Positions 29,321 through 39,832 of a stretch of DNA of 42,852 nucleotides are shown piece after piece. The stretch spans positions 1 through 42,852 of the forward strand of contig JAUNFS010000006.1 in the NCBI GenBank assembly GCA_030524925.1. The letters are read 5' to 3'. The translations under genes and the position numbers were made by a program. Position 1 is the stretch's first letter. Each line of letters starts with the position of its first letter. The notes under the pieces were generated by a model. That model was not told the DNA's origin. It made no database searches and worked only from the letters and a program-made list of their open reading frames with translations. This DNA is from a bacterium (GTDB lineage: Bacteria; Bacillota_I; Bacilli_A; RF39; UBA660).

Positions 29321-29967
29321 GTGATATGAGTAATACAATTTTGGAAGGGTTAGTTAAAGAAAAAGATTTTACTTTTAAGAAGCTGTTATTCAAAATTGTA
29401 AAAAGTTTTAAGTTAGATGTTAATGAACTTTTATTACTCGTATACTTTATAAATGAAGATAAGCCTTGTCTAGATATTAAGAGAATAGCACTTATTACTT
29501 ATATGGATGATAAAGATATTATGGGTGCTTTTTCTTCATTGAGCACTAAAGGGCTAATTAAGCTTTCAGTCATTAAGGAGTCTGGTAAAATAACTGAGAT
29601 AGTTGATATTAGTAATACTTATAAAGCAATGGTAAGTGATATTAATATTAAGATTAAGAAAAAAACTAATGATGATGTGTTTTCTACTTTTGAAAAAGAG
29701 TTCGGTAGACCATTATCTCCGATGGAATATGAAATTATAAGAGCTTGGATAGCTAGTGGAATGAGTGAAGAACTACTTATTGGTGCTTTAAAAGAAGCTA
29801 CATTTAATGATGTTCGTAATTTAAGATATATTGATAAAATATTATTAGAATGGGCTAATAAGGGCTTTAAGACTATGGAAGAGGTAAATAATCATCTTAA
29901 AAAAAGAGTAAAAAAAGAGGAGAAGAAGGAACTGTTTGATTATGACTGGCTTTCAGATGGCGAATGA
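29317..29967 (+). CDS. dnaD: DNA replication initiation protein DnaD
   Basis: FEKEFGRPLSPMEYE, ALKEA, RYIDKILLEW, YDWL. Upstream of nth. Confidence 0.92.
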   Translation: MSDMSNTILEGLVKEKDFTFKKLLFKIVKSFKLDVNELLLLVYFINEDKPCLDIKRIALITYMDDKDIMGAFSSLSTKGLIKLSVIKESGKITEIVDISNTYKAMVSDINIKIKKKTNDDVFSTFEKEFGRPLSPMEYEIIRAWIASGMSEELLIGALKEATFNDVRNLRYIDKILLEWANKGFKTMEEVNNHLKKRVKKEEKKELFDYDWLSDGE

Positions 29968-30571
29968 TATATATAAAAAGTTAGATTATTATATTCCTAA
30001 TCCAAAGTGTGAACTTAATTATAATAAAGACTATGAGTTATTGATAGCGACGGTTTTAAGTGCTCAGTGTACTGATAAAAGAGTAAACATGGTTACTAGT
30101 GAGTTATTTAAAAATAGAGATTTAAAAGATATAGCTAATATGAGTTTAAGTGATATTAAAATGATAATTCATAGTCTTGGTTCTTATGAAAGAAAAGCAG
30201 TTTATGTTAAAGTTATTGCAAGCAGATTAGTAAATGATTTTAATTCTTCAGTTCCAAATAACAGAGGCTATTTACTTAGTTTACCTGGTGTTGGGACAAA
30301 GACGTGCAATGTGGTGTTAAAGAATCTTTTTAATGAACCTTCTATTCCAGTGGATACGCATGTTATGAGAGTTTGCCAAAGATGGAAAATAGCAAGTCTT
30401 AGTGATAGTCCTCAAGTGATAGAAAGAAAATTACAGAAACTTATTCCAGTAGATAAGTGGAATAGAGTAAGTGAACAAATACTTTTATTTGGTAGATATT
30501 TTTGTACTTCTAGAAATCCAAAGTGTGCAAACTGTTTATTTAAAGAAAATTGTCAATATAAAAAGAAGTGA
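29957..30571 (+). CDS. nth: Endonuclease III
   Basis: LSAQCTD, LPGVGTKT, VDTHV, C-x6-C-x2-C-x5-C. ATG 29957 preferred. Confidence 0.95.
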   Translation: MANDIYKKLDYYIPNPKCELNYNKDYELLIATVLSAQCTDKRVNMVTSELFKNRDLKDIANMSLSDIKMIIHSLGSYERKAVYVKVIASRLVNDFNSSVPNNRGYLLSLPGVGTKTCNVVLKNLFNEPSIPVDTHVMRVCQRWKIASLSDSPQVIERKLQKLIPVDKWNRVSEQILLFGRYFCTSRNPKCANCLFKENCQYKKK

Positions 30572-30596
30572 TTTTTTGTAAGTCACTTCTTTTTTA
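30561..30596. terminator. Bidirectional terminator between nth and ponA
   Basis: AAAAGAAGTGATT...AGTCACTTCTTTT inverted repeat with A/T tails. Confidence 0.75.
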
Positions 30597-33356
30597 ACAA
30601 CCACTTGTAAGGTTTCTATTTAAAGTTTTAGTTTTTCCATTATAGGTTACGATATGCATTACTTGATAACTATCATTGCAACTTAGGGTTTTACAATCAA
30701 CTTCATTATTGTTTTGATAACATTCGTCAGTTACAGTCGCACTTGATGTAACGTCATATCCATTGTCTAAAACTTTTACTAATTTGTTATTACTTTTTAA
30801 ATCGTAATATTCTGAAACAGTTATTGAACTACTTCCGTTTAATTGTGGCGTCCAATTATTAGTAGGTTCAGGAGTAACACTTCCTTCAGGATTAACTGTT
30901 ACAGTTGTTCCGCTAGACATATTATTTTTAAATATTGAGTAAGATGATTTTACTGTAAATGTAGTTTTTCCAGTTAGAACACCAGTATATGTATATTTAT
31001 TATTGGTTGTAAAGCCTAGGTCGGTAGTATTTCCATTTGTTGTAACGTAGATGTGATAACCAATATTACCGATATTTGCACGGTTGTATTCTAATCTTTG
31101 ATTATAATATTTTTCACTCCATGGTTTGTAGCCTTCATCAAAGTAAGATTTTAAGAATGTTTCATCAATGGCTTGTGGAGTAGCTATATTGTTCCAAGAT
31201 AACTCAACAGCGCCTTGTAAGTAATCGGCTTTTAAATTTGTGGGATTATCCAGTTGTTTAAAACGATATGATTCTTCATCAGGTACTGTACCTTTTTTGA
31301 AATATTCTGTACTTCTTAGTTTTGCTGGTGTTGCAGCACTCGCTAGAGCTAAAGGTTCAGTTTCTAATTCTATTTCAGCTTGAACAACACTTGATGGTTG
31401 AGTCCATCTTGAGTTAGGTTCCATAATATTTTTAATAAGTAATTTTACCATTGGTTTTTTGATTTTACCGGCATCTTCGTTAAGTAAGTGAGTTTCTTTT
31501 GTTGTTTCTTTATATCCAATCCAAAGACTGATTGTATAATCTGGTGAGTAGACCATTTGCCAAGAGTCACCAATAACGTTTCCTTTGATACCTTCATTTT
31601 TTAAATAGTTTGAATCTACTGTTGATGTTCCAGTTTTACTTGCAATGTCAGTTCCAGATTTTGATCCAGCTGCTACATAGTTACTAGTAACAGCATTTTT
31701 TAAAATCATATTTATCATAAATGCGGTAGCTTCACTCATTACAGTTCTTTTTTCAGGAGTAACAGTATAAACTTCACCAGTATCTAGATATTCTAAACTG
31801 GTAAATGAATATGGCTCTATGTAAACACCACCTCTTGCAAATGTTGCATAAGCAGCTGCCATTTCTAATGGGTTTGTTCCTGAGAAACCACCAATACTAT
31901 GTGATTCGTTGATGTAGCCATTTTCATATTCAGGAGTAATCCCTAAATTTGTAACAAATGTTTTGATTTGATCTTGGGTAAGTGCTTGAAAAGCTTGAAG
32001 AGCTGGGATATTTCTTGATGTTCCTAGGGCAGTATTTATAGTCATAATTCCCATATATGTATTATTCCAGTTTTTTAAATATCCACCACCAGAATATGTA
32101 TATTTGTCATCTATAATCATTTTACCAGTAGACCAGTTTAAGTATTCAATAGCGGGACCATAATCAAATATTGGTTTAGCAGTTGATCCTGGATGTCTTT
32201 TAATTTGGGTAGCATAATTATATTCTAATAGTCTTTTACGGTTTCTACCAGCGCCGATAGCACTTATTGAGCCGTTATCATTATCTATTACTACCATAGC
32301 AGCTTGAACTGTATCGTTTATCCATTTGTATTCTTTTCCATTATATATATCATTAATAGCATCTTGTTTGGTAGGGTTTAAAGTGGTTTTTATTTGCATT
32401 GAAATTTCATAAGGGTTTTTCCCAGTTCTTTTCTTAACTTCTTCAACTACGGTATCAATAAATCCTTGGTATTGATTAGCAGTACTAGAACTTTCAATTA
32501 ATAAGCTTTTTAGTGGAATAGATTTAGCAATTTCACATTCTTGTTCACTAATATAGCCATGTCTTTTCATTAAGTTTAATACTTGGTTACGACGGCTTTC
32601 AGCTTTTTCTGGATAGTTAAATGGGTCATAAGCAACAGGTGCTTGGAATAAACCAGCAATAGTAGCAGCTTCAGGAAGCGATAACTGACTTACGGATTTT
32701 CCAAAGTATACTTGGCTTGCTTGTTCAATACCCCAAGAACCACCTCCTAAGTAAGGTATATTTACATAATACTCAATTATTTGTTCTTTTGAATACTGTT
32801 TTTCTAAAACAAATACAGAAAGATATATATCAGTAAACTTTCTAATGATTCCTTTGATACCAGTTGCTTCATTGTTAGTTAATCTTTGTTTAGCAACTTG
32901 CATGGTTAGAGTAGAAGCACCACCAGCACCGCTTTGACCTAAAACTTGACCGATTGTAGCTTTTAAAAATCTTGCCATATCAACACCACTGTGTTGAAAG
33001 TATCTTGAATCTTCGGTAGCTACTAGAGCGTCAATAAATACCTCAGGTAGTTCATCATAAGTGACTTTTTGTCTATTTTCAGTTCCTAATCTAGCAAATT
33101 CTTCACCATTTTTATCTAGCAAAATAGATGCTTCTTTAGTGTAAAGACTTTCTACATCAAACTTTGGGGCTTTAATAACAACATAAGCAAAGAACACCAA
33201 AGCAAGAGCAAAGCCAGCAACTAGAAATAACATTATGATAATTAATATTTTTTCAGCGATGTTACCTTTTTTAAAAGTTTTCTTAAACTGACTTATAGTT
33301 TTATTATCTTCTTTTGGTGTTTTTTTTGTTCTTTTTTTAATTTTTATCTTTTTCAT
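30594..33356 (-). CDS. ponA: Class A penicillin-binding protein 1A
   Basis: EDSRYFQHSG, GASTLTMQ, STAK, SRN, KTGT and a C-terminal FN3-like region. Confidence 0.93.
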   Translation of the reverse strand: MKKIKIKKRTKKTPKEDNKTISQFKKTFKKGNIAEKILIIIMLFLVAGFALALVFFAYVVIKAPKFDVESLYTKEASILLDKNGEEFARLGTENRQKVTYDELPEVFIDALVATEDSRYFQHSGVDMARFLKATIGQVLGQSGAGGASTLTMQVAKQRLTNNEATGIKGIIRKFTDIYLSVFVLEKQYSKEQIIEYYVNIPYLGGGSWGIEQASQVYFGKSVSQLSLPEAATIAGLFQAPVAYDPFNYPEKAESRRNQVLNLMKRHGYISEQECEIAKSIPLKSLLIESSSTANQYQGFIDTVVEEVKKRTGKNPYEISMQIKTTLNPTKQDAINDIYNGKEYKWINDTVQAAMVVIDNDNGSISAIGAGRNRKRLLEYNYATQIKRHPGSTAKPIFDYGPAIEYLNWSTGKMIIDDKYTYSGGGYLKNWNNTYMGIMTINTALGTSRNIPALQAFQALTQDQIKTFVTNLGITPEYENGYINESHSIGGFSGTNPLEMAAAYATFARGGVYIEPYSFTSLEYLDTGEVYTVTPEKRTVMSEATAFMINMILKNAVTSNYVAAGSKSGTDIASKTGTSTVDSNYLKNEGIKGNVIGDSWQMVYSPDYTISLWIGYKETTKETHLLNEDAGKIKKPMVKLLIKNIMEPNSRWTQPSSVVQAEIELETEPLALASAATPAKLRSTEYFKKGTVPDEESYRFKQLDNPTNLKADYLQGAVELSWNNIATPQAIDETFLKSYFDEGYKPWSEKYYNQRLEYNRANIGNIGYHIYVTTNGNTTDLGFTTNNKYTYTGVLTGKTTFTVKSSYSIFKNNMSSGTTVTVNPEGSVTPEPTNNWTPQLNGSSSITVSEYYDLKSNNKLVKVLDNGYDVTSSATVTDECYQNNNEVDCKTLSCNDSYQVMHIVTYNGKTKTLNRNLTSGC

Positions 33357-33371
33357 AAATAAAATTCCTTT

Positions 33372-33929
33372 CTAAAATAATTTATCTATTTCTTTTAAAT
33401 AATCTAGAGTAGGGCTATAGTTTAATTTAATTTCTATACCATGATCTTTAATAAAATCATAAGGAATACTTTTTCTAGAATTACTATTGATAAATTCTAA
33501 TAATATTTTACCATCTAATATAAAAAATTGCGAGTTAATTTCTATTAATAAAAATGAGATGCCTCCATTATCAATGATTCTTTCTATGTGTTTTAACTGA
33601 TGACTATGAATATTTGAAAGAGCAAAGCTGGTTTTACTTTTGGTGCTTTTAGCATCAAAATCTAAATATTTGCCTTTATATACGCCGACATAATCTAATG
33701 TAGATTTTTGTTTTAATACGCCTTCAATATATTCCGTTTTACCTTTGTAAGTAACTTTTTTAATATCTACTGGAGTAGGCTTTTTATAAATTATTGCTAG
33801 ATTTTCTTTTATATAATAATCGTTTGCTTCATTTATTAAGTTTTCTAAGTCCATACCACGGTTAGCGTAATTTATAAATTTTTGATATTCCTTTTTTGCT
33901 TTGCCTGGATATAACAATGTAATCACCAA
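33372..33929 (-). CDS. recU: Holliday junction resolvase RecU (start may be TTG 33917)
   Basis: NRGMDLE, KKPTP, DYVGVYKG, FDAK, HQ. Upstream of ponA. Confidence 0.95.
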   Translation of the reverse strand: MVITLLYPGKAKKEYQKFINYANRGMDLENLINEANDYYIKENLAIIYKKPTPVDIKKVTYKGKTEYIEGVLKQKSTLDYVGVYKGKYLDFDAKSTKSKTSFALSNIHSHQLKHIERIIDNGGISFLLIEINSQFFILDGKILLEFINSNSRKSIPYDFIKDHGIEIKLNYSPTLDYLKEIDKLF

Positions 33930-34032
33930 TTTGATTATACTAGATTATTATGGGGTAATGCTATAAATAATGTTGAAGGTTTGCATTTTTTGACACTATT
34001 TTATATAATAAAGTTGTAGAAAAGAGGAACTT

Positions 34033-34626
34033 ATGAAAATTGATAGTTCAAATTTAAGTACAATTGCGGTTAGAACAAGTCAGTATCCTACTGATAATAA
34101 GCCAGAATTTTTACTTGTTGGTAGAAGTAATGTTGGTAAAAGTAGTTTTATTAATACACTTTTGGGAAGAAAGAATTATGCTAAAACCAGTGCAACACCT
34201 GGTAAAACTCAAACTTTAAATTTTTATATTTGTAATGATGAATTTTATTTAGTAGATGTACCAGGTTATGGATATGCTAATACAGATAAAAGTACGCAGA
34301 AGAAACTTGGATTAATGATAGAAGATTATTTAAAAACTAGAACTAATTTGGTGAGAGTTTTTATGTTAGTTGATGGTAGAATGAAACCTACAGAAAATGA
34401 TGTTTTGATGTATAATTATTTAAAGTATTATAATGTACCAACAACTGTTGTTGCTACTAAATATGATAAATTAAAAGCTAAGGATAGGGATAAGAATATT
34501 AAAAATGTTTCGTTAGTACTCAATTTAAATGATGATGATAAGGTTGTAGCTTTTTCTAATGTTACTAAAAAGGGTAAAGAAGAGGTTTTAAATATTATTT
34601 TAGAAGGGCTTAATAATGAAGAATAA
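34033..34626 (+). CDS. engB: Ribosome biogenesis GTPase YsxC/EngB
   Basis: GRSNVGKSS, TPGKTQ, DVPGYGY, TKYDK. Confidence 0.95.
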   Translation: MKIDSSNLSTIAVRTSQYPTDNKPEFLLVGRSNVGKSSFINTLLGRKNYAKTSATPGKTQTLNFYICNDEFYLVDVPGYGYANTDKSTQKKLGLMIEDYLKTRTNLVRVFMLVDGRMKPTENDVLMYNYLKYYNVPTTVVATKYDKLKAKDRDKNIKNVSLVLNLNDDDKVVAFSNVTKKGKEEVLNIILEGLNNEE

Positions 34627-35041
34627 AAAAGGGTTTACGCTAGTTGAACTTCTAGCAGTTATTTCAGTTTTAGCGATTGTAATGGTTATAGTTATTCCGG
34701 CAGTAAGTAATAATAGTAAGACTGCAAAAGAAGGAATTTTAAAAACTAAATTAGATTTAATTGTGGATCAATCTATTATATGGGGGCAAGATCATATTAA
34801 CTATTTTGTAAATGAATCTGAACCACTGGAAGAGTGCACGACTAGTGATGATTTGGTTAGCTGCAAGATTAGTTTTGGTGCTTTAGCTAAAGAAGGGTAT
34901 GTAAAGTACGATGAAGGTGAAATAATAAGTGATCCAACTAAAAGAAGAGATAATTTAAATAATGAAAAAATAGATATTGTTTATGATAAGAAGAAAAATG
35001 ATGTAAGTGCTACTTATGATAGTAGTCATTTGTTTGATTAA
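34616..35041 (+). CDS. Type IV prepilin-like protein
   Basis: KKGFTLVELLAVI class III signal. Confidence 0.85.
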   Translation: MKNKKGFTLVELLAVISVLAIVMVIVIPAVSNNSKTAKEGILKTKLDLIVDQSIIWGQDHINYFVNESEPLEECTTSDDLVSCKISFGALAKEGYVKYDEGEIISDPTKRRDNLNNEKIDIVYDKKKNDVSATYDSSHLFD

Positions 35042-35110
35042 ATTCCCATTTATGGGTTTTTATTTTGTCTATTTTATGGTAAAATTAGTGAGAAAAAAGA
35101 GGTGTTTTGC

Positions 35111-36427
35111 GTGAGAAAGACTGTTTGTTTAATTGGTAGACCAAATACTGGGAAGTCAACGTTATTTAATAGATTAATAAATGAAAAGAAAGCTATTATA
35201 GATGATATGCCAGGTGTTACGAGAGATAGAATTTATGGGATTGTTAATTATAAGGATAAAAGTTTTAATTTGATAGATACTGGTGGTATAGATTTAGCAA
35301 AAGAAGATTTTAATGAAAATATTAAGATGCAGGCAGAACTAGCGATAGATGAGTCTGATGTTATTGTTTTTGTCATTGATGGAAAAACTGATGTTACGAG
35401 TAATGATATTTTGATTTCTAAGATGTTAAAAAAGGCTGATAAAAAGGTAATTGTTGCAGTAAATAAATTAGATGAAACACATCAAAATGATTTAATGTAT
35501 AATTTTTATGAACTTGGTTTTGATTTGATTTTGCCGATAAGTGCTGAACATAATAAGGGAATAAATGCACTTCTTGATGAGATAACTAGTGATTTTAATG
35601 CTTATACGACAGAAGAGGATGAGGCAATTTTAAAATTTTGTATTATTGGTAGACCTAATGTTGGTAAAAGTTCTTTAATTAATGCTTTACTAAACGAAGA
35701 TAGAGCAATTGTTTCTAATGTTGCTGGAACAACAAGGGATGCAGTTGATACAAGATTTACTTATGATAAAAATGATTATATAGTTATTGATACAGCTGGA
35801 ATGAGAAAAAGAGGAAGAGTTTATGAAAATATAGAAAAATATAGTCTTCTTCGTAGTATGAAAGCAATAGATAGATCTGATGTATGTGTGCTAGTAATTA
35901 ATGCTGAAGAGGGTATTATAGAACATGATAAACATATAGCGTCTTATGCACTTGATGCTGGGAAAGCAATGGTTATTGTTGTTAATAAATGGGATTTGAT
36001 TGAAAATAAGGATGAACAGATGAAATATTGGATAAAGAATATTAGGGCTAATTTTCAGTTTATTCCGTATGTTAATATAGTATTTTTATCATCTAAGACA
36101 AAGGCAAGAATTCATACTTTAATGCCAGAAATTATTAAAGCTTATGAAAGTGCTAGAAGAGAAATTAAGACTAGTGTTTTAAATGATGTTGTTAGAGAAG
36201 CCATTATGCTTCATGAACCACCTAGTTATAAGGGCAAGAGACTAAAGGTTTATTTTGTTAATCAGTGTGATACTAAACCACCTAAGTTTGAGTTTTCAGT
36301 TAATAATAAGAAACTTATTCATTTTAGTTATGAAAGATATTTAGAAAATCAAATAAGAGCTAATTTTGATTTGACTGGTACGCCAATTATTTTGAAGTTT
36401 ACAAATAAGGGTGATAAAGGTGAATAA
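35111..36427 (+). CDS. der: Ribosome biogenesis GTPase Der/EngA
   Basis: Two G domains (GRPNTGKS, GRPNVGKS) and a C-terminal KH-like domain. GTG 35111 follows GAGGTG. Confidence 0.96.
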   Translation: MRKTVCLIGRPNTGKSTLFNRLINEKKAIIDDMPGVTRDRIYGIVNYKDKSFNLIDTGGIDLAKEDFNENIKMQAELAIDESDVIVFVIDGKTDVTSNDILISKMLKKADKKVIVAVNKLDETHQNDLMYNFYELGFDLILPISAEHNKGINALLDEITSDFNAYTTEEDEAILKFCIIGRPNVGKSSLINALLNEDRAIVSNVAGTTRDAVDTRFTYDKNDYIVIDTAGMRKRGRVYENIEKYSLLRSMKAIDRSDVCVLVINAEEGIIEHDKHIASYALDAGKAMVIVVNKWDLIENKDEQMKYWIKNIRANFQFIPYVNIVFLSSKTKARIHTLMPEIIKAYESARREIKTSVLNDVVREAIMLHEPPSYKGKRLKVYFVNQCDTKPPKFEFSVNNKKLIHFSYERYLENQIRANFDLTGTPIILKFTNKGDKGE

Positions 36428-37313
36428 GAAAGTTACTTTAATTTCTATTTTAATATTGTTATTGATTGCTGGTGGGGTGTTTGCTCTCGTTAAAATAATA
36501 GATAATAAAAAAAGTGATGTTACTACTTTAAAAGTTATTGTTACTGAATCTTATAAAGGGTATGCTCTTGCTCAGGTAATTGGTGATAGTGATTTAGATA
36601 TTGTTGAGGTACCAGTAGATGGGTTAAATGTAGGTGATGAACTTATTTTGGATGTTAAAGAAATTATGGAGATTTATCCGCCTAAGGTCCTTTTAAATTC
36701 TTATGAGATTGTAAATGATAAATTTGAAGATACAACAACTACTAGTACGACGACAACAAGAGTAGTAGAGAGTGATGTTACTACAACTAAAAAAATTACT
36801 ACAACAAGTAAAGCAACTACAAAGCAAACTACGACGGTAAAAGTTGCAGAAAAGGCTTATAAAAATGCCGATGATAGTGTCTTAAAAACTACTTCTGAAA
36901 TGTTAAAAGATAAAAATAGGAATGTAATAAAAGAAAATTTTATAAAAATAGTTGACTTTATCTTTTATGATAGAGATATTAATGGCTATTATTTTAAAGA
37001 TTTAACTAATGGAGCTAAACTAAAAGTTATTTACTATGCTACGATGTTAGATAATTTAATTGATAAAGAATTTCCTTCTTATAAAGAGAACTTAAGTGAG
37101 ATGTATAATAATATGAAAGCAAAGCTTGTTAAACTTTATTTAGAGAAAAGTTCAGAATATTGCAAGGATAATGAAAATGTTTGTAAACAAGCAAAGAGTG
37201 ACTTTACAGTTTTAAAGAAGAGTTTAAATATTACCTTTGGTTTTATAAAAGGACTTTGTCAAGATGGAACACAAAAACTAAAAGAATGGTATGAGATTTA
37301 CAGTGGAAAATAA
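36411..37313 (+). CDS. Hypothetical membrane-anchored protein with a Thr-rich linker
   Basis: N-terminal TM, Thr-rich linker, helical C-terminal domain with Cys residues. Confidence 0.7.
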   Translation: MIKVNKKVTLISILILLLIAGGVFALVKIIDNKKSDVTTLKVIVTESYKGYALAQVIGDSDLDIVEVPVDGLNVGDELILDVKEIMEIYPPKVLLNSYEIVNDKFEDTTTTSTTTTRVVESDVTTTKKITTTSKATTKQTTTVKVAEKAYKNADDSVLKTTSEMLKDKNRNVIKENFIKIVDFIFYDRDINGYYFKDLTNGAKLKVIYYATMLDNLIDKEFPSYKENLSEMYNNMKAKLVKLYLEKSSEYCKDNENVCKQAKSDFTVLKKSLNITFGFIKGLCQDGTQKLKEWYEIYSGK

Positions 37314-37926
37314 GATTTTTTTAGATGGTGAAGTAATTACTTATGTGGTTATAAGAAAGAGAATAAAAAATGCTTATTTTAGGTTTAAAGATGGAAAACT
37401 TGTGGTAAGTGTAAATTATTTAGTTAGTGATAAAAAGATAGAGAAAATGCTTCATGATAATGCTAAGGCTATTTTGAAACTTCAAGATAGAGTAAAACAA
37501 AGAAGTGAAGAGACGCTTAGTTATTTAGGAAATGATTTAAATTTAATAATTAGAGATGATAAACCAAAAATGATTGGTGATGTTATTTATGCTAGGTCAT
37601 TTGATGAAGCTAAGAATTATATCTACTCTTTGGCTTTAAAAGTATTTGAGTCAAGACTAATGCAAGTTAGATGTAATTTTGATGATTTACCAGATTTTAA
37701 ATTAAAAAGTAGATTAATGAAGACCAAGTGGGGAGTATGCAATATATCTAGTATGAGTGTTACGCTAAATACCAGTTTGATAATGAAAGATGTACATTTA
37801 ATTGATTATGTTTTAGTACATGAGTTATCACATTTTAAATATATGAATCATTCTAAGGATTTTTGGAATTATGTTGGGGAGCATTATCCATATTATAAAC
37901 AAGCTAGAAAGGAACTTAATTATTAA
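37291..37926 (+). CDS. YgjP/DUF45 (M48-like) zinc metalloprotein
   Basis: MKTKWGVC, DYVLVHELSH, NHSKDFW. Confidence 0.88.
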   Translation: MRFTVENKIFLDGEVITYVVIRKRIKNAYFRFKDGKLVVSVNYLVSDKKIEKMLHDNAKAILKLQDRVKQRSEETLSYLGNDLNLIIRDDKPKMIGDVIYARSFDEAKNYIYSLALKVFESRLMQVRCNFDDLPDFKLKSRLMKTKWGVCNISSMSVTLNTSLIMKDVHLIDYVLVHELSHFKYMNHSKDFWNYVGEHYPYYKQARKELNY

Positions 37927-38639
37927 TGATAACATCTATAAATAATGAAAAAATAAAAGAGTATGCTAAATTAAATGATAAAAAATATAGGGATTTATCT
38001 AGTCTTTTTATAGCTCCGGGTGAACATTTAGTTGAAGAAGCAATAAATGCTAATTTAGTTAAAGAGATATTTGTTCTTGATGGTGAAGAAAAATTTGGAG
38101 GAACAATTGTTAGTGAAAACGTGATGAAGAAGTTATCTGGACTAACTAGTGCTCCTAAAGTTCTGGCAATTGTTTATAAGAAGGAGAATAGAGTTGATGA
38201 TGGTAATGTTCTTATTTTAGATGGAATAAGTGATCCAGGAAATATGGGGACAATTATTAGATCTGCCTTAGCGTTTGGCTATAAAAATATTATAATAAGT
38301 GAAAATTCTTGTGATGTTTATAATTTAAAGTGCATTAGAGCTAGTGAAGGGATGATTTTCAAAGTTAATATTTATATAGGAGATATTATTTCTAAAATAA
38401 ATGAATTAAAAGATAAAAATTATGTTATTTATGGAACTGATGTGGTTAAAGGTAGTAAACCGGCTAGAGAAAAAAATAAACATGCGATAATAATTGGCAG
38501 TGAAGCTAAAGGAATGCGTGACGAAGTAAAAAAAGGATGCACAAAATTTTTACATATACCAATGAGCGATGAGTGTGAAAGTTTAAATGCGGGAGTTAGT
38601 GCTAGTTTGCTTATGTATATACTAGGTGAAAATGTATGA
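37926..38639 (+). CDS. TrmH/SpoU-family RNA methyltransferase
   Basis: DPGNMGTIIRSA, IGSEAKG, ESLNAGV. Confidence 0.92.
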   Translation: MITSINNEKIKEYAKLNDKKYRDLSSLFIAPGEHLVEEAINANLVKEIFVLDGEEKFGGTIVSENVMKKLSGLTSAPKVLAIVYKKENRVDDGNVLILDGISDPGNMGTIIRSALAFGYKNIIISENSCDVYNLKCIRASEGMIFKVNIYIGDIISKINELKDKNYVIYGTDVVKGSKPAREKNKHAIIIGSEAKGMRDEVKKGCTKFLHIPMSDECESLNAGVSASLLMYILGENV

Positions 38640-39331
38640 AAATGGATTTTTTATTAAAACAAAAATTTGTAAATAAGGGAGTTTATAATAATAAAAATGT
38701 AATAGAAAATACGTTGCCAGCGTTTGATTTAGCTATTAAAAGTAATTTTGGAATATGGTTTAGAGTTAGATGTACAAAAGATAATAAAGTAATAGTTTAT
38801 GATGATGAAAACTTTGCTAGATTACTTAAAGTAAAAGATAATGTCGGAAGTGTTAATTATGATGACATAGCTTATCTATCTTCTTATCATGTTCCCTTAT
38901 TAGAAGAGGTATTAAATTTTATTAATGATAAAACGCCAGTTATTATTAATTTAGCTGGTGTGTATGATAAAAAAATGACTAAGGAAATAATAAATATCTT
39001 AGATAAATATCATGGAAGATTTGCAATTGTAAGCAATAATTCTAAAACTATTAGTTATTTTAATAAAGTAAGAGAAAATTATATTCTTGGAGAAATTGTT
39101 AGTAAGCAAAAACTAAGTATTTATTCTTTAGGTAACTTTATAGCACATTATATGATTAAGACAGTTTTTAAAAGTGTGAATATAAAACATTATAATTCTA
39201 GTGAGTTATTAAATTTTAAGAAGTTAGAAGTTCCATTAATGGGGTATTTGATTACTGATCAAGGACAGCTAAATAGTTATAATGATTATTTTGATAATAT
39301 TGTGGTGGATGGAAATATTTTTAATATGTAA
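38636..39331 (+). CDS. Glycerophosphodiester phosphodiesterase-like protein with a degenerate active site
   Basis: ENTLPAFDLAI, TKD, VPLLEEVL scaffold. HRG, ExD and HD motifs are replaced. Confidence 0.7.
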   Translation: MKMDFLLKQKFVNKGVYNNKNVIENTLPAFDLAIKSNFGIWFRVRCTKDNKVIVYDDENFARLLKVKDNVGSVNYDDIAYLSSYHVPLLEEVLNFINDKTPVIINLAGVYDKKMTKEIINILDKYHGRFAIVSNNSKTISYFNKVRENYILGEIVSKQKLSIYSLGNFIAHYMIKTVFKSVNIKHYNSSELLNFKKLEVPLMGYLITDQGQLNSYNDYFDNIVVDGNIFNM

Positions 39332-39342
39332 GAAGGATTGTT

Positions 39343-39822
39343 ATGAAAGATAAATTATGGATAGGTAAAATTGTAAATTATTTTGGTATTAAGGGAGAAC
39401 TGAAGGTAGTTTCTGATTTTGAGATGGCTGATAGGGCCTTTAAAGAAAATAATATAATATATATTAATAATGAGAAACATTTAGTAACCGGTTGTAGGTT
39501 TCATCATCATAATTATTTAGTTAAGATTGATCATATTAATGATATTAATCAAATCACTAAGTATATAGGTTATGATATTTATATTGATAGAGATACTTTA
39601 AGCTTAAGTGATGATGAATATTTGCTTGATGATTTGGTCGGTTTAGATGTTTGCGATGGTGATGAATTGGTAGGAAAGGTAGAATCTGTTAATAAAAATA
39701 AGGTTAATCCATTAATAAAAGTTAAAGGGTTCTATATTCCGATATATGGAAATTTTATTGTTAAGGTAAGTTTAAGCGAGAAAAAAATATATTGTAAAAA
39801 TATAAGTGGTTTAATGTTGTAG
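39343..39822 (+). CDS. rimM: Ribosome maturation factor RimM
   Basis: IGKIVNYFGIKGELKV, DDEYLLDDLVGL. Upstream of trmD. Confidence 0.9.
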   Translation: MKDKLWIGKIVNYFGIKGELKVVSDFEMADRAFKENNIIYINNEKHLVTGCRFHHHNYLVKIDHINDINQITKYIGYDIYIDRDTLSLSDDEYLLDDLVGLDVCDGDELVGKVESVNKNKVNPLIKVKGFYIPIYGNFIVKVSLSEKKIYCKNISGLML

Positions 39823-39832
39823 GTGATGATTA

